Positions 29,142 through 40,129 of a stretch of 64,000 bases of DNA are shown here, one piece after another. The translations under genes and the position numbers were made by a program. Origin of the DNA: Candidatus Latescibacterota bacterium. Lineage in GTDB: Bacteria; Krumholzibacteriota; Krumholzibacteriia; WVZY01. The stretch's first letter is position 1; the number at the start of each line of letters is the position of its first letter. Location of the stretch: contig CAWBQK010000006.1 of assembly GCA_963791045.1 (NCBI GenBank), positions 256,001 to 320,000 of the forward strand, in the 5' to 3' direction. Below the pieces are notes generated by a model that saw only the letters and a list, made by a program, of their open reading frames with translations, did no database searches and was not told the DNA's origin.

Positions 29142-29957
29142 CTACCAGTATTTTTCCAGGTGGATATTGCCGGGGGATTTCTTTGTGTGTTCCTTGAAGC
29201 CCTCTGCTTCGAGGACCGGCAGCATGTGCTGGATCATCAGCGGGTTGCCGCAGAGGAAGATGTGTGTGTGGTCCGGGGCCGGCCGCATTCCCCATGGGTC
29301 GTCAAGGGGCCGCTCCCGCCAGTAGTCCTGCAAAAACCCCGTCGGGCCCGTCCAGTCTTCTTTTTCATCTTCAGGTTCGCTGACAATTGCCGAGTAGGCG
29401 AAGTTCTTGTGTGTTTTCGTGGATGCAACGAGTTCTTCGCGGTACCCGAGGTCCCACGTGTGTCGGGCGCCGTGGAGTACTGCAAATTTCCGCGCTTCGG
29501 ACGCGCCGAGATGTGTGCGGAGCATGCTCATGTAGGGTGCGATTCCCGTTCCCGTCGCGACGAACACGATATTTTGATCCGTGGGAACGTGGTCGAGGGT
29601 GAACATCCCCTTGAATTTCGGAGACATCCACAACTCGTCTCCCGGTTGCAGTGCGAACAGCCGCGGCGTGAGCGCTCCCGATGGCACAAGCGCGACGTAG
29701 AATTCGACATACTCTTTTGCCACCGAAGAAGACGCGATCGAGTACGCGCGTTTTATGAGCTTACCCGTTCCTTCTGTCTCTTCACCGGAATCGGCGCCTT
29801 CAATACGCGTCGCATTCGGTGGAAGACCGAGCGCGGCAAACTGTCCGGGGATAAAATCAGGAAGTTCCCACCCGTTGGGCGCCACGCGAAAAATCGCGAG
29901 GCTGGGCGAAACGTCGGAGCGATGGGTAATAACCGAGTTAAGAATGACAGTGCTCAT
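29142..29957 (-). CDS. fpr: Ferredoxin-NADP+ reductase (bacterial type)
   Basis: RAYSIAS, GALTPRL, ATGTGIAPY, CGNPLMI, C-terminal EKYW. Confidence 0.88.
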   Translation of the reverse strand: MSTVILNSVITHRSDVSPSLAIFRVAPNGWELPDFIPGQFAALGLPPNATRIEGADSGEETEGTGKLIKRAYSIASSSVAKEYVEFYVALVPSGALTPRLFALQPGDELWMSPKFKGMFTLDHVPTDQNIVFVATGTGIAPYMSMLRTHLGASEARKFAVLHGARHTWDLGYREELVASTKTHKNFAYSAIVSEPEDEKEDWTGPTGFLQDYWRERPLDDPWGMRPAPDHTHIFLCGNPLMIQHMLPVLEAEGFKEHTKKSPGNIHLEKYW

Positions 29958-29972
29958 GATTCACGGCGAAGC

Positions 29973-30434
29973 CTACCATGAGGTGTACGGATTGACAATC
30001 AGATTCACATTCAGATAGCGTGAATCTCCCGTTACCTCCTCTCCAACCCAATCCGGTCTCGAAAATTCCTGTTCTTCGCTCTCGAGTTCAATCTCCGCGA
30101 CAATGAGTCCATCGTTGTCTCCGTGAAATTCATCGATCTCCCAGGTCATGCCATCGTGTTCCAACCGGTGCCTCGTTTTTTCGATGATGGGTTTGAGACA
30201 CATCAAGTCGAGTAGTTCATCGGCTTCACCCATCGGGATTTCATACTCGAACTCCAATCGGGTGATTCCCGTACTCATCCCTTTGATGGTGAGGAAAGCT
30301 TTTTCGGGTGTGGTTCGAACCCGGACCGATCGTTGTTCCGCCCGGCTGAGATAACCCTGGCGGTATTTCTTTCCGGGCGCGGATCGCCAATGGTCATTGG
30401 TAACCAGAAATTTTCTTTCAATTTCTTTTGGCAT
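29973..30434 (-). CDS. CYTH domain protein
   Basis: EIERKFL, EFEYEIP, IEKTR, EIEL. Confidence 0.9.
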   Translation of the reverse strand: MPKEIERKFLVTNDHWRSAPGKKYRQGYLSRAEQRSVRVRTTPEKAFLTIKGMSTGITRLEFEYEIPMGEADELLDLMCLKPIIEKTRHRLEHDGMTWEIDEFHGDNDGLIVAEIELESEEQEFSRPDWVGEEVTGDSRYLNVNLIVNPYTSW

Positions 30435-30444
30435 GTCGATCCGA

Positions 30445-31266
30445 TTATCCCAGGGCAACGTCGAGGGTCATCATAACAATAAAACCGAGGATGGAGCCCA
30501 TCGTGGCGGCATCCGCGTGGCCGCTGTCCTGGGCTTCGGGGATGACTTCTTCGATCACGACAAAAATCATCGCGCCCGCGGCGAACGCAAGTGCGTAGGG
30601 GAGAATAGGCCGCCACGAGAGCACGGCGGCGGCGCCGATGACGCCGGCAATGGGTTCAACCATTCCCGACAGCTGCCCGAACCAGAAGCTCTTTACTTTG
30701 GAGACGCCTTCCCGGGCCAGAGGCATCGATACGGCGGATCCCTCGGGGAGATTCTGAATTCCGATACCAAGCGCGAGCGCGACCGCTCCGGCCACCGTCG
30801 CGGAATCAATTCCGTGCGCCGCCGCGCCGAACGCGACACCGACGGCAAGCCCTTCCGGGATATTATGAAGCGTTATGGCCAGAACGAGGAGCGTCGTGCG
30901 CCGCCATCCCGTCTGGATACCTTCGGCTTCCTCTATCGGTTTGAAAACATGAAGGTGAGGAATCAATCTGTCCGCCAACCGCAGGAAAATAGCGCCGAGT
31001 CCGAAACCTACCGCTGCGGGAAACCACTCGGGAAATCTGCCCCCCTGGCTCATCTCGATGGCCGGCGCAAGGAGGGACCAGAAACTCGCCGCGATCATCA
31101 CACCGGCGGCAAAACCGAGCATGATATCGAGCACCCGGCGGTTCTCGCGATGGACAAAGAAAACGAGGCCGGCACCGATCGCCGTCATCCCCCATGTGAA
31201 CAGTGTTGCCAGGAGCGCCTGGACGACGGGATTCATGTGGGTCAGATTTGCAACCAGGTTGTCCAT
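30445..31266 (-). CDS. ZIP (GufA-like) metal transporter
   Basis: ITLHNIPEGLAVGV, IQNLPEG motifs. Confidence 0.92.
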   Translation of the reverse strand: MDNLVANLTHMNPVVQALLATLFTWGMTAIGAGLVFFVHRENRRVLDIMLGFAAGVMIAASFWSLLAPAIEMSQGGRFPEWFPAAVGFGLGAIFLRLADRLIPHLHVFKPIEEAEGIQTGWRRTTLLVLAITLHNIPEGLAVGVAFGAAAHGIDSATVAGAVALALGIGIQNLPEGSAVSMPLAREGVSKVKSFWFGQLSGMVEPIAGVIGAAAVLSWRPILPYALAFAAGAMIFVVIEEVIPEAQDSGHADAATMGSILGFIVMMTLDVALG

Positions 31267-31342
31267 TCGGTCCGCACCCCTTTACCGACGTGTTTCCACT
31301 CGTCGTTTTGCGATCGGCTTGCCTGAAGTTGGACGATCTTGA

Positions 31343-31798
31343 TTAATAGTCGAGTATTTTGTCCGCCGCGAGCAAGAGATCGACAACCTCGTCCTGGGTT
31401 CCGATTCTCGCCCCTTTGCGAAGATCGTTTGCCTCCATGCCCGCCGCCATCGCGCAGTGCGGGCAAACAAGGACGCTTCCACCTGCGTTGATATACGATT
31501 CCAGATACGTCGTCAACTCTTTTGAGTGACCCCACTTCATATCGAGCGGTGTATTGAGATCGACGAGCCGAACCCCTTCGAGGTTGACAAACATCGTTAC
31601 GTCGGCCCCCTTTTCCTGAAGGGCGCCGGCGAGCTTGACCGCCATGAACGCGGCGTGGAGATCGTCTGTGTAATGTTTGAGATGCACGACGATTTTTTGC
31701 GGATCATCCGCGGAGGGTGCGCCCACGATTACGCCGGCGATGAGCGCCGCGAGACCTGCGATCGCCAAGAATCTTGACGCGTTCTTTCCAATAAGCAT
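31343..31798 (-). CDS. DsrE-family exported protein
   Basis: Signal peptide; FVNLEGV, VCPHC, ADKILDY. Confidence 0.78.
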   Translation of the reverse strand: MLIGKNASRFLAIAGLAALIAGVIVGAPSADDPQKIVVHLKHYTDDLHAAFMAVKLAGALQEKGADVTMFVNLEGVRLVDLNTPLDMKWGHSKELTTYLESYINAGGSVLVCPHCAMAAGMEANDLRKGARIGTQDEVVDLLLAADKILDY

Positions 31799-31824
31799 GG
31801 ATCCGTCCTTCCCGGTTGACGTGG

Positions 31825-32793
31825 TCAGTTTTTGAGACGGTACACAATAAACGTCAGGTCATCGAGCTTCGACGGGTTGCCGTTGCCCGGGTTGTGCATT
31901 CGCCTGTGGGCTCTTTCGGAAAGCGCTTTCAGCGATCCGTCGAGCGGCCCTTTCCGTATGGCGTCGACTATTTCCTGTGTGTTGAGATTGTCCGAGAGGC
32001 CGTCCGTGGCGAGTATCACGCTGTCGCGGGCGGCCAGTTCGATCGTTGGCCCGATTTCGATGTGCATGTCCGCCGCGCCGATCATGTTTGAAATCAGATG
32101 CCGGTCTTCGTGGAACATCGCCGTAGCTTCGTCAAGGAAACCACCCTCGACGGCATATCCGACCGGGGAATGCGCGACTGTTTGAGTTTTGATTTTTCCC
32201 CTCTGGCCGACAACGATAATTGTCGAATCGCCAACGTGATACGGACGGACACGGTTTCCCTGGATCTCAAGGGCGGCGAGGGTCGTTGCCGCCCCGATTC
32301 CCATTTCCAGGACGTGTTTGTTCGCCTGTTCGAAGCCGTTCAATATGCCGTAACGGAGGTCGCGTTCTTCTTTGAGTGCGTCGGTGATGGATTTCTCGAG
32401 GAGTGTTATCGCGATTCCTGATGCCTGCTGGCCGCCTCGAAGCCCGCCGCAGCCATCGGCAACGGCAAGTACGGCGGTGTTTTCCCCGAGCCGCAAAACC
32501 GCGGCGGAATCCTCATTTGAGTCCCCGTTGCGGTTGCGGTCGGGAGATCGCGCCGAGTATATCGCCGCGTTACCCGATTCGAGGGAAACGATCTCTCCCT
32601 CCTGCAGATCCTGGTTGATGAAAAGGCGTGATTCCAGCGTGGCCTCCCCAAAAATCCGCAAAGCAACGGCCTTTTCAGGAGTACAACGGGTTGGAGATTT
32701 TTTGGCAAGGGAAATGTCAGGTGTTTTTGAGGCGCATTTTGAGGGCGGCAAGTACGGCGCCGAGATCTTTGTTGTCGCCGCCGGGCTTTTCAT
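31825..32793 (-). CDS. PP2C-family Ser/Thr phosphatase (start uncertain)
   Basis: NEDS, VADGCGG, HVGDS, LATDGLSD, DDLT motifs. Confidence 0.85.
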   Translation of the reverse strand: MKSPAATTKISAPYLPPSKCASKTPDISLAKKSPTRCTPEKAVALRIFGEATLESRLFINQDLQEGEIVSLESGNAAIYSARSPDRNRNGDSNEDSAAVLRLGENTAVLAVADGCGGLRGGQQASGIAITLLEKSITDALKEERDLRYGILNGFEQANKHVLEMGIGAATTLAALEIQGNRVRPYHVGDSTIIVVGQRGKIKTQTVAHSPVGYAVEGGFLDEATAMFHEDRHLISNMIGAADMHIEIGPTIELAARDSVILATDGLSDNLNTQEIVDAIRKGPLDGSLKALSERAHRRMHNPGNGNPSKLDDLTFIVYRLKN

Positions 32794-32883
32794 TGGTTTT
32801 TCGCGGCCGTGACGATATGATAAACAGCTACTTAGATGCAATCGACAGACACTCCGCGGGTTCGATCTTCAACGAGGAGCAAG

Positions 32884-33664
32884 ATGAAATCGATTTTGTT
32901 TTTGGGTATCGTCACGTTGGTTGTGTCGATTCTGATGGCGAGCTGCCCCGTGCGGGCTCAGGTGAATATCGAAAAGCTCCGCGACGAGCCTCCCGAGGGC
33001 GAATTGGAGGGTAATTTTGCCCTACTGTTCTCCTCCCGGTCGGGTAACGTCGATATCACCCAGTTCAGTGGAAACCTTAGGATGGATTACGCCTCGAAAA
33101 GCTGGAAGTCGTTCCTAATCGTAAGGGGCGTATATGGCTGGCTCTCGGGCGAGCCTTTCTCCAACGAGGGACTGGTTCATCTTCGTTATGTCTACCGCGC
33201 CCGCGGGTGGATTCACCCCGAAACGTATGGCCAGATAGACTACGACGAGGCGCGAAAACTCGATTTTCGCTCGCTCTTCGGCGCGGGATTTCGTTTTAAC
33301 CTCGTTGAGCGCGAGAACTTGAAATTGTCCTGGGGAACCGGGTACATGTACGAATACGAAAGGTTCAATCTCGCGCCCGAGGATCTTCACTCGGAAGAAC
33401 GAGACCAGCCACCGATGGTCCAACTATCTCTCGCTCAAGATCCCTCTTTCCGAGACGTCTGCGATCGTGTGGACGGCCTACGTCCAGCCGCGTTTCGACG
33501 ATTTCCAGGATTTAAAGACATTGAGCGAGGGGGGTGTTGAAACGAAACTCACGAGCGTGCTTACGTTGACAGTTGTCGCGCAGCTAAGATACGATAGTGC
33601 TCCGCCCGACGGAGTGGTTAAACGAGACACGCTTCTTTTGGCCGGTATCGGGATTCAATTTTGA
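32884..33664 (+). CDS. DUF481-type outer-membrane beta-barrel, frameshift near 33405
   Basis: Signal peptide, SGNVD, alternating beta strands; the shifted frame reads HRWSNYLSL...YDSAPP...GIQF. Confidence 0.7.
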
Positions 33665-33717
33665 CGAATCGCCGGGGGCTTCTTGATGTGCGCCCCCGGG
33701 AAATGGGAGGACGACGA

Positions 33718-34119
33718 ATGGAAATCACAGTCAGCTTGCGCGAAGGCAAGAAAGTATCGGCAAGGATCAAGGAATTCGACATTGTAACCGATCAATCAAA
33801 AAAAGGTGGGGGCGAGGGTTCGGCGCCCGCGCCGTTTGATTTGTTTCTCGCTTCGATAGCGACATGTGCGGGGTTTTATGTACTCGATTTTTGTCGCACC
33901 AGGAAAATCTCCACCGATCAAGTTCAGTTGGTGATGCGCCCGCGCCGCGATAACGAGATCAAGATGATAGACAAAATCTCGATCGAGGTGCAGCTTCCCG
34001 CTGATTTCCCGGAGAAATATAAGCCCGCTATCATCAGGGCCGTCGACCTTTGTACAGTGAAAAAACACATCGTTCAGGCGCCGGAGTTCGAGACGTATAC
34101 AGCGGTTGCCGGCGAATAG
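33718..34119 (+). CDS. OsmC family protein
   Basis: TDQ..GGEGSAPAPFDLFLASIATC ... CTVKK. Confidence 0.88.
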   Translation: MEITVSLREGKKVSARIKEFDIVTDQSKKGGGEGSAPAPFDLFLASIATCAGFYVLDFCRTRKISTDQVQLVMRPRRDNEIKMIDKISIEVQLPADFPEKYKPAIIRAVDLCTVKKHIVQAPEFETYTAVAGE

Positions 34120-34154
34120 ATCGCGGGATTTGAAGAAATTATAAAGGAGCCGGG

Positions 34155-34934
34155 ATGATCGCCGTCAAAGACCTTTGGAAAACGTTCAAGCTGTCGCGCC
34201 AGCAAAAAAAGGAACTCAAGAACACGCCCGACGAGCCAAAAAACGGCACTGTGGACGCTGTGGCCGGCGTGAGTTTTGAGTGCCGCCCAGGGCGTATTTT
34301 TTCGCTCCTGGGGCCCAACGGGGCGGGAAAGACCACGACGCTACGGATGATAGCCACGCTTTTGAAGCCGTCCGCCGGATCGATCGTGGTCGGAGGTGTC
34401 GATGTGGAGAAAGATCCCCAGGAGGTCAGGCGGAGGCTTGGTTTCCTGACGGGAACGACAAAACTCTACGACCGGTTGACGCCGAATGAGCTTGTGAAAT
34501 ACTACGCGGATCTGCACCGGATGGACGGGGCGGTGTTCGAGAAGCGGCGGGACGAGCTGTTTGAGCTTCTCGATATGAAAGGATTTGCCGGGCGGAGGAT
34601 CGGCAAACTCTCCGGCGGAATGCGTCAAAAAGTCTCTATCGTCCGCACGATGATTCACGATCCGGATGTTGTTGTATTCGACGAGCCGACCGTCGGTCTC
34701 GACGTGATCACTGCGAAAAACATTATCGAGTTGATACGGAACTGCCGGGAGCAGGGAAAGACGGTTATCTTCTCTACTCATATTATGGGAGAAGTGAATC
34801 TTTTGAGCGATGACATGGCGATCATCCATAAGGGAAAACTTGCATTCAACGGCACCAAAGAGGATTTTATGGCACAAATGCAAAGCGAATCGCTCGAAGA
34901 AGAATTCATCCGTTTGGTAGAGGGGGTGAAGTGA
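34155..34934 (+). CDS. natA: NatA-like ABC exporter ATPase
   Basis: GPNGAGKTT, LSGGMRQK, FDEPT, STH. Confidence 0.8.
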   Translation: MIAVKDLWKTFKLSRQQKKELKNTPDEPKNGTVDAVAGVSFECRPGRIFSLLGPNGAGKTTTLRMIATLLKPSAGSIVVGGVDVEKDPQEVRRRLGFLTGTTKLYDRLTPNELVKYYADLHRMDGAVFEKRRDELFELLDMKGFAGRRIGKLSGGMRQKVSIVRTMIHDPDVVVFDEPTVGLDVITAKNIIELIRNCREQGKTVIFSTHIMGEVNLLSDDMAIIHKGKLAFNGTKEDFMAQMQSESLEEEFIRLVEGVK

Positions 34935-36130
34935 TGAGGACGATCACCACGATTTTCAAGAAAGAGCTCGTCGATTCGATTCGCGACCGTCGCACACTTA
35001 TGGCGATGATTGTGGTTCCGCTTTTGCTTTATCCGTTCCTGATAAGTGTCTCGTCGAGCATGATGATTTCACAGGCGAGAAAGGCGCAGGAGAAAACGCT
35101 GAAGATCGCGCTGATTGCGAACGGTAACGTAGCGTCGTTCCGTGAGATGCTTCTCGAGCGCGACGATCTTCTCGTTGCCGAAAATATGCCTCTCGAAGAG
35201 GCGAAAGAACTCGTTCGTATCGACTCGCTCGATGTAGTGCTCGTCGTCGACGCCGACTTCGACAAACGCGTCGGCGAACTCGGAGCGGGCGGAATGATGC
35301 TGTATCACAAATCGACAGAGAGCAGTGAGATAGAGGTCCGACGGGTCCGTCGGATGGTCGAGAGCTACGGAGATGACCTCCGAGACGAACGTTTTGCCCG
35401 ACTCGATCTCGATGTATCGATGATAGAAACAATCGAGATAAACGACGAAAACCTCGCGTCGGCAAAGGAGAGAATTGCCGAGGAGGTCGGCGGTTTTCTC
35501 CCGTACTTGATAATTATTTTCTGTTTTATGGGAAGCATGTACCCGGCGATCGACCTGGCGGCGGGCGAAAAAGAGCGGGGCACGCTGGAGACTTTGTTGA
35601 CGTCCCCGGCAGGTCGTCTCGAAATTCTCCTGGGAAAGTTCGGGGTGGTCGTTCTGACGGGAATCGTCACGGCGGGCGTTTCGATTTTCGGGATGTATCT
35701 CGGAATCCGAACGAGCAAGGAAATCCCGCAGGAGCTTCTCCAGGTGATTATGAACATGCTCGAGTGGGATTCTATCGCGCTAACCCTGTCTTTGTTATTA
35801 CCGCTCACCGTGTTCTTTGCCGCGTTCTTGCTGTCGATATCAATATTCGCCAAATCGTTCAAGGAAGCCCAGAGTGTGATTTCTCCGTTGTTCGTCGTGA
35901 TTATTATTCCCGCGTTCATCGGTCTTATGCCCGGGATGACTCTGAATACGAAGACGGCGTTGATCCCGATTCTGAACGTGTCGCTTGCCACCAAGGCGAT
36001 CATCGCCGACACAATTACACCGATGATATTCGTGGAGGTTTATCTGTCGCTCATTGCACTTGCTCTCGTGAGTTTGTGGGTCTGTGCATGGTTCTTTGGG
36101 CGCGAGAGTACGATCTTTCGTGGATCGTGA
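34931..36130 (+). CDS. natB: NatB-like ABC-2 permease
   Basis: KKEL..RDRRT, AGEKERGTLETLL, AKSFKEAQS. Confidence 0.8.
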   Translation: MMRTITTIFKKELVDSIRDRRTLMAMIVVPLLLYPFLISVSSSMMISQARKAQEKTLKIALIANGNVASFREMLLERDDLLVAENMPLEEAKELVRIDSLDVVLVVDADFDKRVGELGAGGMMLYHKSTESSEIEVRRVRRMVESYGDDLRDERFARLDLDVSMIETIEINDENLASAKERIAEEVGGFLPYLIIIFCFMGSMYPAIDLAAGEKERGTLETLLTSPAGRLEILLGKFGVVVLTGIVTAGVSIFGMYLGIRTSKEIPQELLQVIMNMLEWDSIALTLSLLLPLTVFFAAFLLSISIFAKSFKEAQSVISPLFVVIIIPAFIGLMPGMTLNTKTALIPILNVSLATKAIIADTITPMIFVEVYLSLIALALVSLWVCAWFFGRESTIFRGS

Positions 36131-36190
36131 TCCGGCCCGGTTCGTTCAAGTGTTGCGTCCGCAAAGCGCTGATCAGTGTGAGGTGTCCGA

Positions 36191-37021
36191 TTGATCGAAC
36201 ATGATCTCCTGGGGATTCGATATTTCTCATACGATATTTTCGAGCCCTACCAGAATTTGACGAGCGTAGTAACGACGCGCCGGCGGGGCCGGAGCAAGGC
36301 GCCTTATGATTCGCTAAACCTGGGGCTTCACGTTGGCGATGATCCGGATGCCGTTCTCGAGAACAGGGCGATCGCCGGGCAGATTTTCGGGTTTGAGCCC
36401 GAGACGTTCACGGTGGCGCGCCAGGTTCACGGGGCAAATGTCCTCGCCGTTGGATCGGCCGACGAGGGTAGAGGCGCGATCGTTGAAGACGATGCGTTGC
36501 CCGATGCCGACGCCATGATTTCCAGAGCGCCGGGTTTTCCACTCGCCGTTCTCGTCGCTGATTGCGTTGCTCTTTCGTTTTTTGATCCAGTCAAGATCGC
36601 GGTTGGTGTCGCGCACGCGGGTTGGAAGGGAACACTCGGGAGAATCGCCGAAGCCACGGTTGGCGCGATGACGACAGAATATGGTACGTCGCCGTCGGAC
36701 CTCCGTGTCGGTGTGAGTCCTTCGATCGGGAAATGTCACTACGAAATCGATGGGGATGTCGCCGGATTATTCCGGGACGAATTTGGGGAAAACGCCTCTG
36801 TCTTTCTCAGCGAAGATTCGGACAAGCTCCATCTCGACCTTTGGGAAGCCAACCGTCTCCAACTCGTCGGCGCCGGTGTGCCAGCGGATCGAATCGAGAT
36901 CGCGGCGAAGTGCACCGCCTGCGAATCGAACATGTTCTACTCCCACCGCGGGGACAAAGGTTCAACCGGTCGCTTTGCCGCCATCGTCATGCTCCATTAC
37001 TCCGGTAGCCGAACCTACTAA
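36191..37021 (+). CDS. pgeF: YfiH/PgeF family protein
   Basis: SLNLGLHVGD, QVHG, ADC, HAGWKG, CT..FYSHR. Confidence 0.88.
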   Translation: MIEHDLLGIRYFSYDIFEPYQNLTSVVTTRRRGRSKAPYDSLNLGLHVGDDPDAVLENRAIAGQIFGFEPETFTVARQVHGANVLAVGSADEGRGAIVEDDALPDADAMISRAPGFPLAVLVADCVALSFFDPVKIAVGVAHAGWKGTLGRIAEATVGAMTTEYGTSPSDLRVGVSPSIGKCHYEIDGDVAGLFRDEFGENASVFLSEDSDKLHLDLWEANRLQLVGAGVPADRIEIAAKCTACESNMFYSHRGDKGSTGRFAAIVMLHYSGSRTY

Positions 37022-37219
37022 TCCACTTCCAGGCTGCCCCCTTCCTTCCTGTGCCCGTTCCGATCCGTCCCCCACGCAACTTAGCCTGCGGCAAATACGT
37101 AGTAATTATCAGCGTCAGACGGTTCATTTATAATCTTGACACAAAGACGGGTATCGGGCATATAAGAATAAGAATTCGTGTTCTGGTATCTGGCTTTTCT
37201 GTCTGAAAGGGTGAGCAGG

Positions 37220-37915
37220 TTGTCAAACACCAGAATCGGGATATTGATCGTGGCGGGCGTTCTTCTGGCCGTGAGTGCTTTGATGCCGTCCCCCAGTGTG
37301 GCCGGCTGGAAACACGACAACGAAAGAGTTAAGGGGTCCGGCCACGTCGTCGAAAAAGTGCTGGATCTGGACGGGTTTGACCGGGTTCGAATCAACGCGG
37401 TGGCGGACGTCGACATAAAGATCGGTCGAAAATTCAGTGTGGTGCTTGAGGCCGAAGATAATATCATCGATCTCGTCGAGGTCGACGTGGTTGGCGGGAA
37501 ACTCGTAATCGATATGGATAACGACTACAGCATCGATACAGACGAGGACATTCATTTTGAGATAACGATGCCCGAACTCGAAGGTCTTGATTTTCGGGGG
37601 GTCGGCGACGTCCGCGTAACGGACCTTGACGCCGAGGAACTCGAGATCGAATGCCCGGGAGTGGGTAAGTTGTATTGTGAGGGGAAGGCGAAGCGCCTCG
37701 ACATTGATTTCTCCGGCGTCGGTTCGATGGATCTGGGTGACCTGGTGGCCGCCCGCGCAAGAGTTCGGGTCGACGGCGTCGGGAATGTGACCGTGAACGT
37801 GCAAGACGATCTCGACGTGAATGTCAACGGGATGGGAAAGGTCAAATATTACGGAGATCCCGACAAGGTGCGGTCGAGCATAAATGGTTGGGGAAAGATA
37901 TCGCGCGCAAAGTGA
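37220..37915 (+). CDS. DUF2807/GIN-domain beta-helix exported protein
   Basis: Signal peptide; VKGSG; repeated GVGxV turns; YYGDP. Confidence 0.82.
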   Translation: MSNTRIGILIVAGVLLAVSALMPSPSVAGWKHDNERVKGSGHVVEKVLDLDGFDRVRINAVADVDIKIGRKFSVVLEAEDNIIDLVEVDVVGGKLVIDMDNDYSIDTDEDIHFEITMPELEGLDFRGVGDVRVTDLDAEELEIECPGVGKLYCEGKAKRLDIDFSGVGSMDLGDLVAARARVRVDGVGNVTVNVQDDLDVNVNGMGKVKYYGDPDKVRSSINGWGKISRAK

Positions 37916-37986
37916 TGCGGTATTTGTTGTTATAACAGAACCCGAATACTAGTTCGTAATTGTGGTGCTCTGACACCCAGGATTCG

Positions 37987-38643
37987 ATGATGAACCATCT
38001 GCGTCCTCCAAAACAACGCCGGAGTCGTGAAACGCTCCAGAAGTTTCTCGACGCCACGAGAGAGCTTCTCGAGGAGAAGAGCTTCGACGATATCTCCGTG
38101 GCCGAAATAACGCGTAAAGCGGGCGCGTCGGTCGGGGCTTTTTACGCCCGTTTCGATGACAAAGAGGGGTTGCTCGAATACCTCAACGGCCTGTTCGATG
38201 CCGAGATCACCGGAGACGTTCGCCGGACTATCGATTCAAAAAATTGGAATGAAGCCCCTTTGGAATCAGTGGTAACTGAACTACTCCAGGTTCTGGTTCG
38301 AAGCCACCGTCACCACCGAGGGACATTGAGGGCCCTGGTTCTTCGGACCCTGGCCGGTGGCGGTGGGGCGGAGCGGCCGAACGACATGCCCGAGGGGCTT
38401 TCGCCGGCGAAGCCCCTCGTCGACGAGATCCTCAGACGCCGGAATCTCATCAACCACCCCAATCCGGATGTTGCGGTTCACCTCGGTCTGGCTATGGCGG
38501 CGAGCGCGGTGCGCGACAGGGTTCTCTACCCCGAGCTTGGGGCTGACACCCGCCCGCGGACCCCGATTACCGATGCCGTTTTTGTCGAGGAACTCACCCG
38601 TGTTTTTCTTGCCTTTCTCGGCTTTAGTCCCGACAATCGATAG
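37987..38643 (+). CDS. TetR/AcrR family regulator
   Basis: KQRRSRET...ISVAEITRKAGASVGAFYARFDDKEGL HTH. Confidence 0.9.
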   Translation: MMNHLRPPKQRRSRETLQKFLDATRELLEEKSFDDISVAEITRKAGASVGAFYARFDDKEGLLEYLNGLFDAEITGDVRRTIDSKNWNEAPLESVVTELLQVLVRSHRHHRGTLRALVLRTLAGGGGAERPNDMPEGLSPAKPLVDEILRRRNLINHPNPDVAVHLGLAMAASAVRDRVLYPELGADTRPRTPITDAVFVEELTRVFLAFLGFSPDNR

Positions 38644-38667
38644 TCGGGCAGCGGGAGGGCCCCCACA

Positions 38668-39195
38668 ATGCGGCGTAATTCCGACGCGATATTCTTCGAA
38701 GAACAGCCCCTTAGAGATAACAAGTTTTTCTATCTGGTTCTCGTTGGCGGGATCGGCATGATTGGTTTCTTCGCTTACGCGATGTATGTCCAGCTTGTCG
38801 AAGGCAAGCCCTACGGCGACAGGCCGATGGGGGATACGGGTCTTGCGATAATGGGGACCTTGTATATCTTGTTGGGCGTCGCGATGTTGTATTTCTTCTT
38901 CAAGGGCCGTTTGACCACCGAGGTGCGCCCGTCGGGTCTGTTTGTCAGGTATTTTCCGTTTCACATGCGGTACCAACAGATAGCGCTGGATGGTATTGAA
39001 ACGTGCAGTGCACGTACGTACCGCCCGATAAGGGAGTATGGTGGGTGGGGAATACGGAGCGGGCCGGGAAAGAAGGCGTACAATGTAGCGGGAAACAGCG
39101 GCGTCGAGATTGTGTACGAAAACGGCAAGACCCTTCTGATCGGCTCCAGGAAATCGGGGCAGCTCGAAAGCGCAATAGACTCGATCCGGAGATAG
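38668..39195 (+). CDS. Conserved membrane protein (DUF6141-like)
   Basis: FEEQ, two TMs, EYGGWGIR, AYNVAG, LLIGS. Confidence 0.7.
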   Translation: MRRNSDAIFFEEQPLRDNKFFYLVLVGGIGMIGFFAYAMYVQLVEGKPYGDRPMGDTGLAIMGTLYILLGVAMLYFFFKGRLTTEVRPSGLFVRYFPFHMRYQQIALDGIETCSARTYRPIREYGGWGIRSGPGKKAYNVAGNSGVEIVYENGKTLLIGSRKSGQLESAIDSIRR

Positions 39196-39211
39196 CCGTG
39201 CGATCATTAAG

Positions 39212-40117
39212 ATGAAAATTGAAATTCCCGATCCCCACAAAAAACATCTCAGGCTCGGTACCTGCTCATGGAAGTATGATTCCTGGAAGGGCCTCTACTA
39301 CGATTCCGCACGCAAATACCGCGCGGACGATTACCTGGCTGATTACTCGTACTGGTTGAATTCGGTCGAGGTTGATCAGTGGTTCTGGAGCCTGTTCCCC
39401 GGCGGGGTCAGACTCCCCGAGCCAACGACGGTTAAAACGTATGCCGAAAGCGTGCCCGATGATTTCGTGTTTACGGTCAAGGCGCCAAACTCGATTACGT
39501 TGACGCATTATTATTCGCGACAGCCGAAAAACTACAAGGAATTTGCGGGACGACAAAACGAGCACTTTTTGGACAACGGATTGTTGGAAAGATTTCTCGA
39601 ACTACTCGCTCCTTTTGGGAAAAAACTGGGGCCGGTGATGTTTCAGTTCGAGTATTTGAACAAGAACAAGATGCCGTCCAGGGAAGTGTTCCTCGAAAGA
39701 TTTGGCGAGTTTATTGATCGGGCTCCCGCCGGTTTCGAGTATGCGCTCGAGTGCCGGAACCCCAACTATTTTTCGCCGGCTCTGTTTGAATTTATGGGGA
39801 ATCACAAGATTGGCTTTGTATATTTGGAGGGGTACTACATGCCTCCGATCGGCGACGTTTTCGAAAAGTACCGTCCCGCGACGTCGGATAGCTGTGTGAT
39901 CCGACTTCACGGGGGCGACAGATCCGAGATCGAAAAAGAAACAGGCGAGGTCTGGAGCCGGATCGTTGCTCCGAAGCCAGAAGGGATCGAAGCGGCGGCA
40001 AAGATTGTTGCGGAAAACACGGAGAAGGGAACCCGGACGTTTCTGAATGTCAACAATCACTACGAGGGAAGCGCCCCGCTCACGATCGAGCGGTTTCTTG
40101 AGGTGCTTGCCCGTTAA
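39212..40117 (+). CDS. DUF72 family protein
   Basis: GTCSWKY, FTVKA..ITL, LGPVMFQF, RLHG, NNHYEG. Confidence 0.88.
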   Translation: MKIEIPDPHKKHLRLGTCSWKYDSWKGLYYDSARKYRADDYLADYSYWLNSVEVDQWFWSLFPGGVRLPEPTTVKTYAESVPDDFVFTVKAPNSITLTHYYSRQPKNYKEFAGRQNEHFLDNGLLERFLELLAPFGKKLGPVMFQFEYLNKNKMPSREVFLERFGEFIDRAPAGFEYALECRNPNYFSPALFEFMGNHKIGFVYLEGYYMPPIGDVFEKYRPATSDSCVIRLHGGDRSEIEKETGEVWSRIVAPKPEGIEAAAKIVAENTEKGTRTFLNVNNHYEGSAPLTIERFLEVLAR

Positions 40118-40129
40118 GCGCAGGACGAC

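Noticed and set aside
37928-37960. TGTTATAACA palindrome as the TetR operator
   Set aside because: Short and AT-rich; cannot be distinguished from chance or promoter sequence
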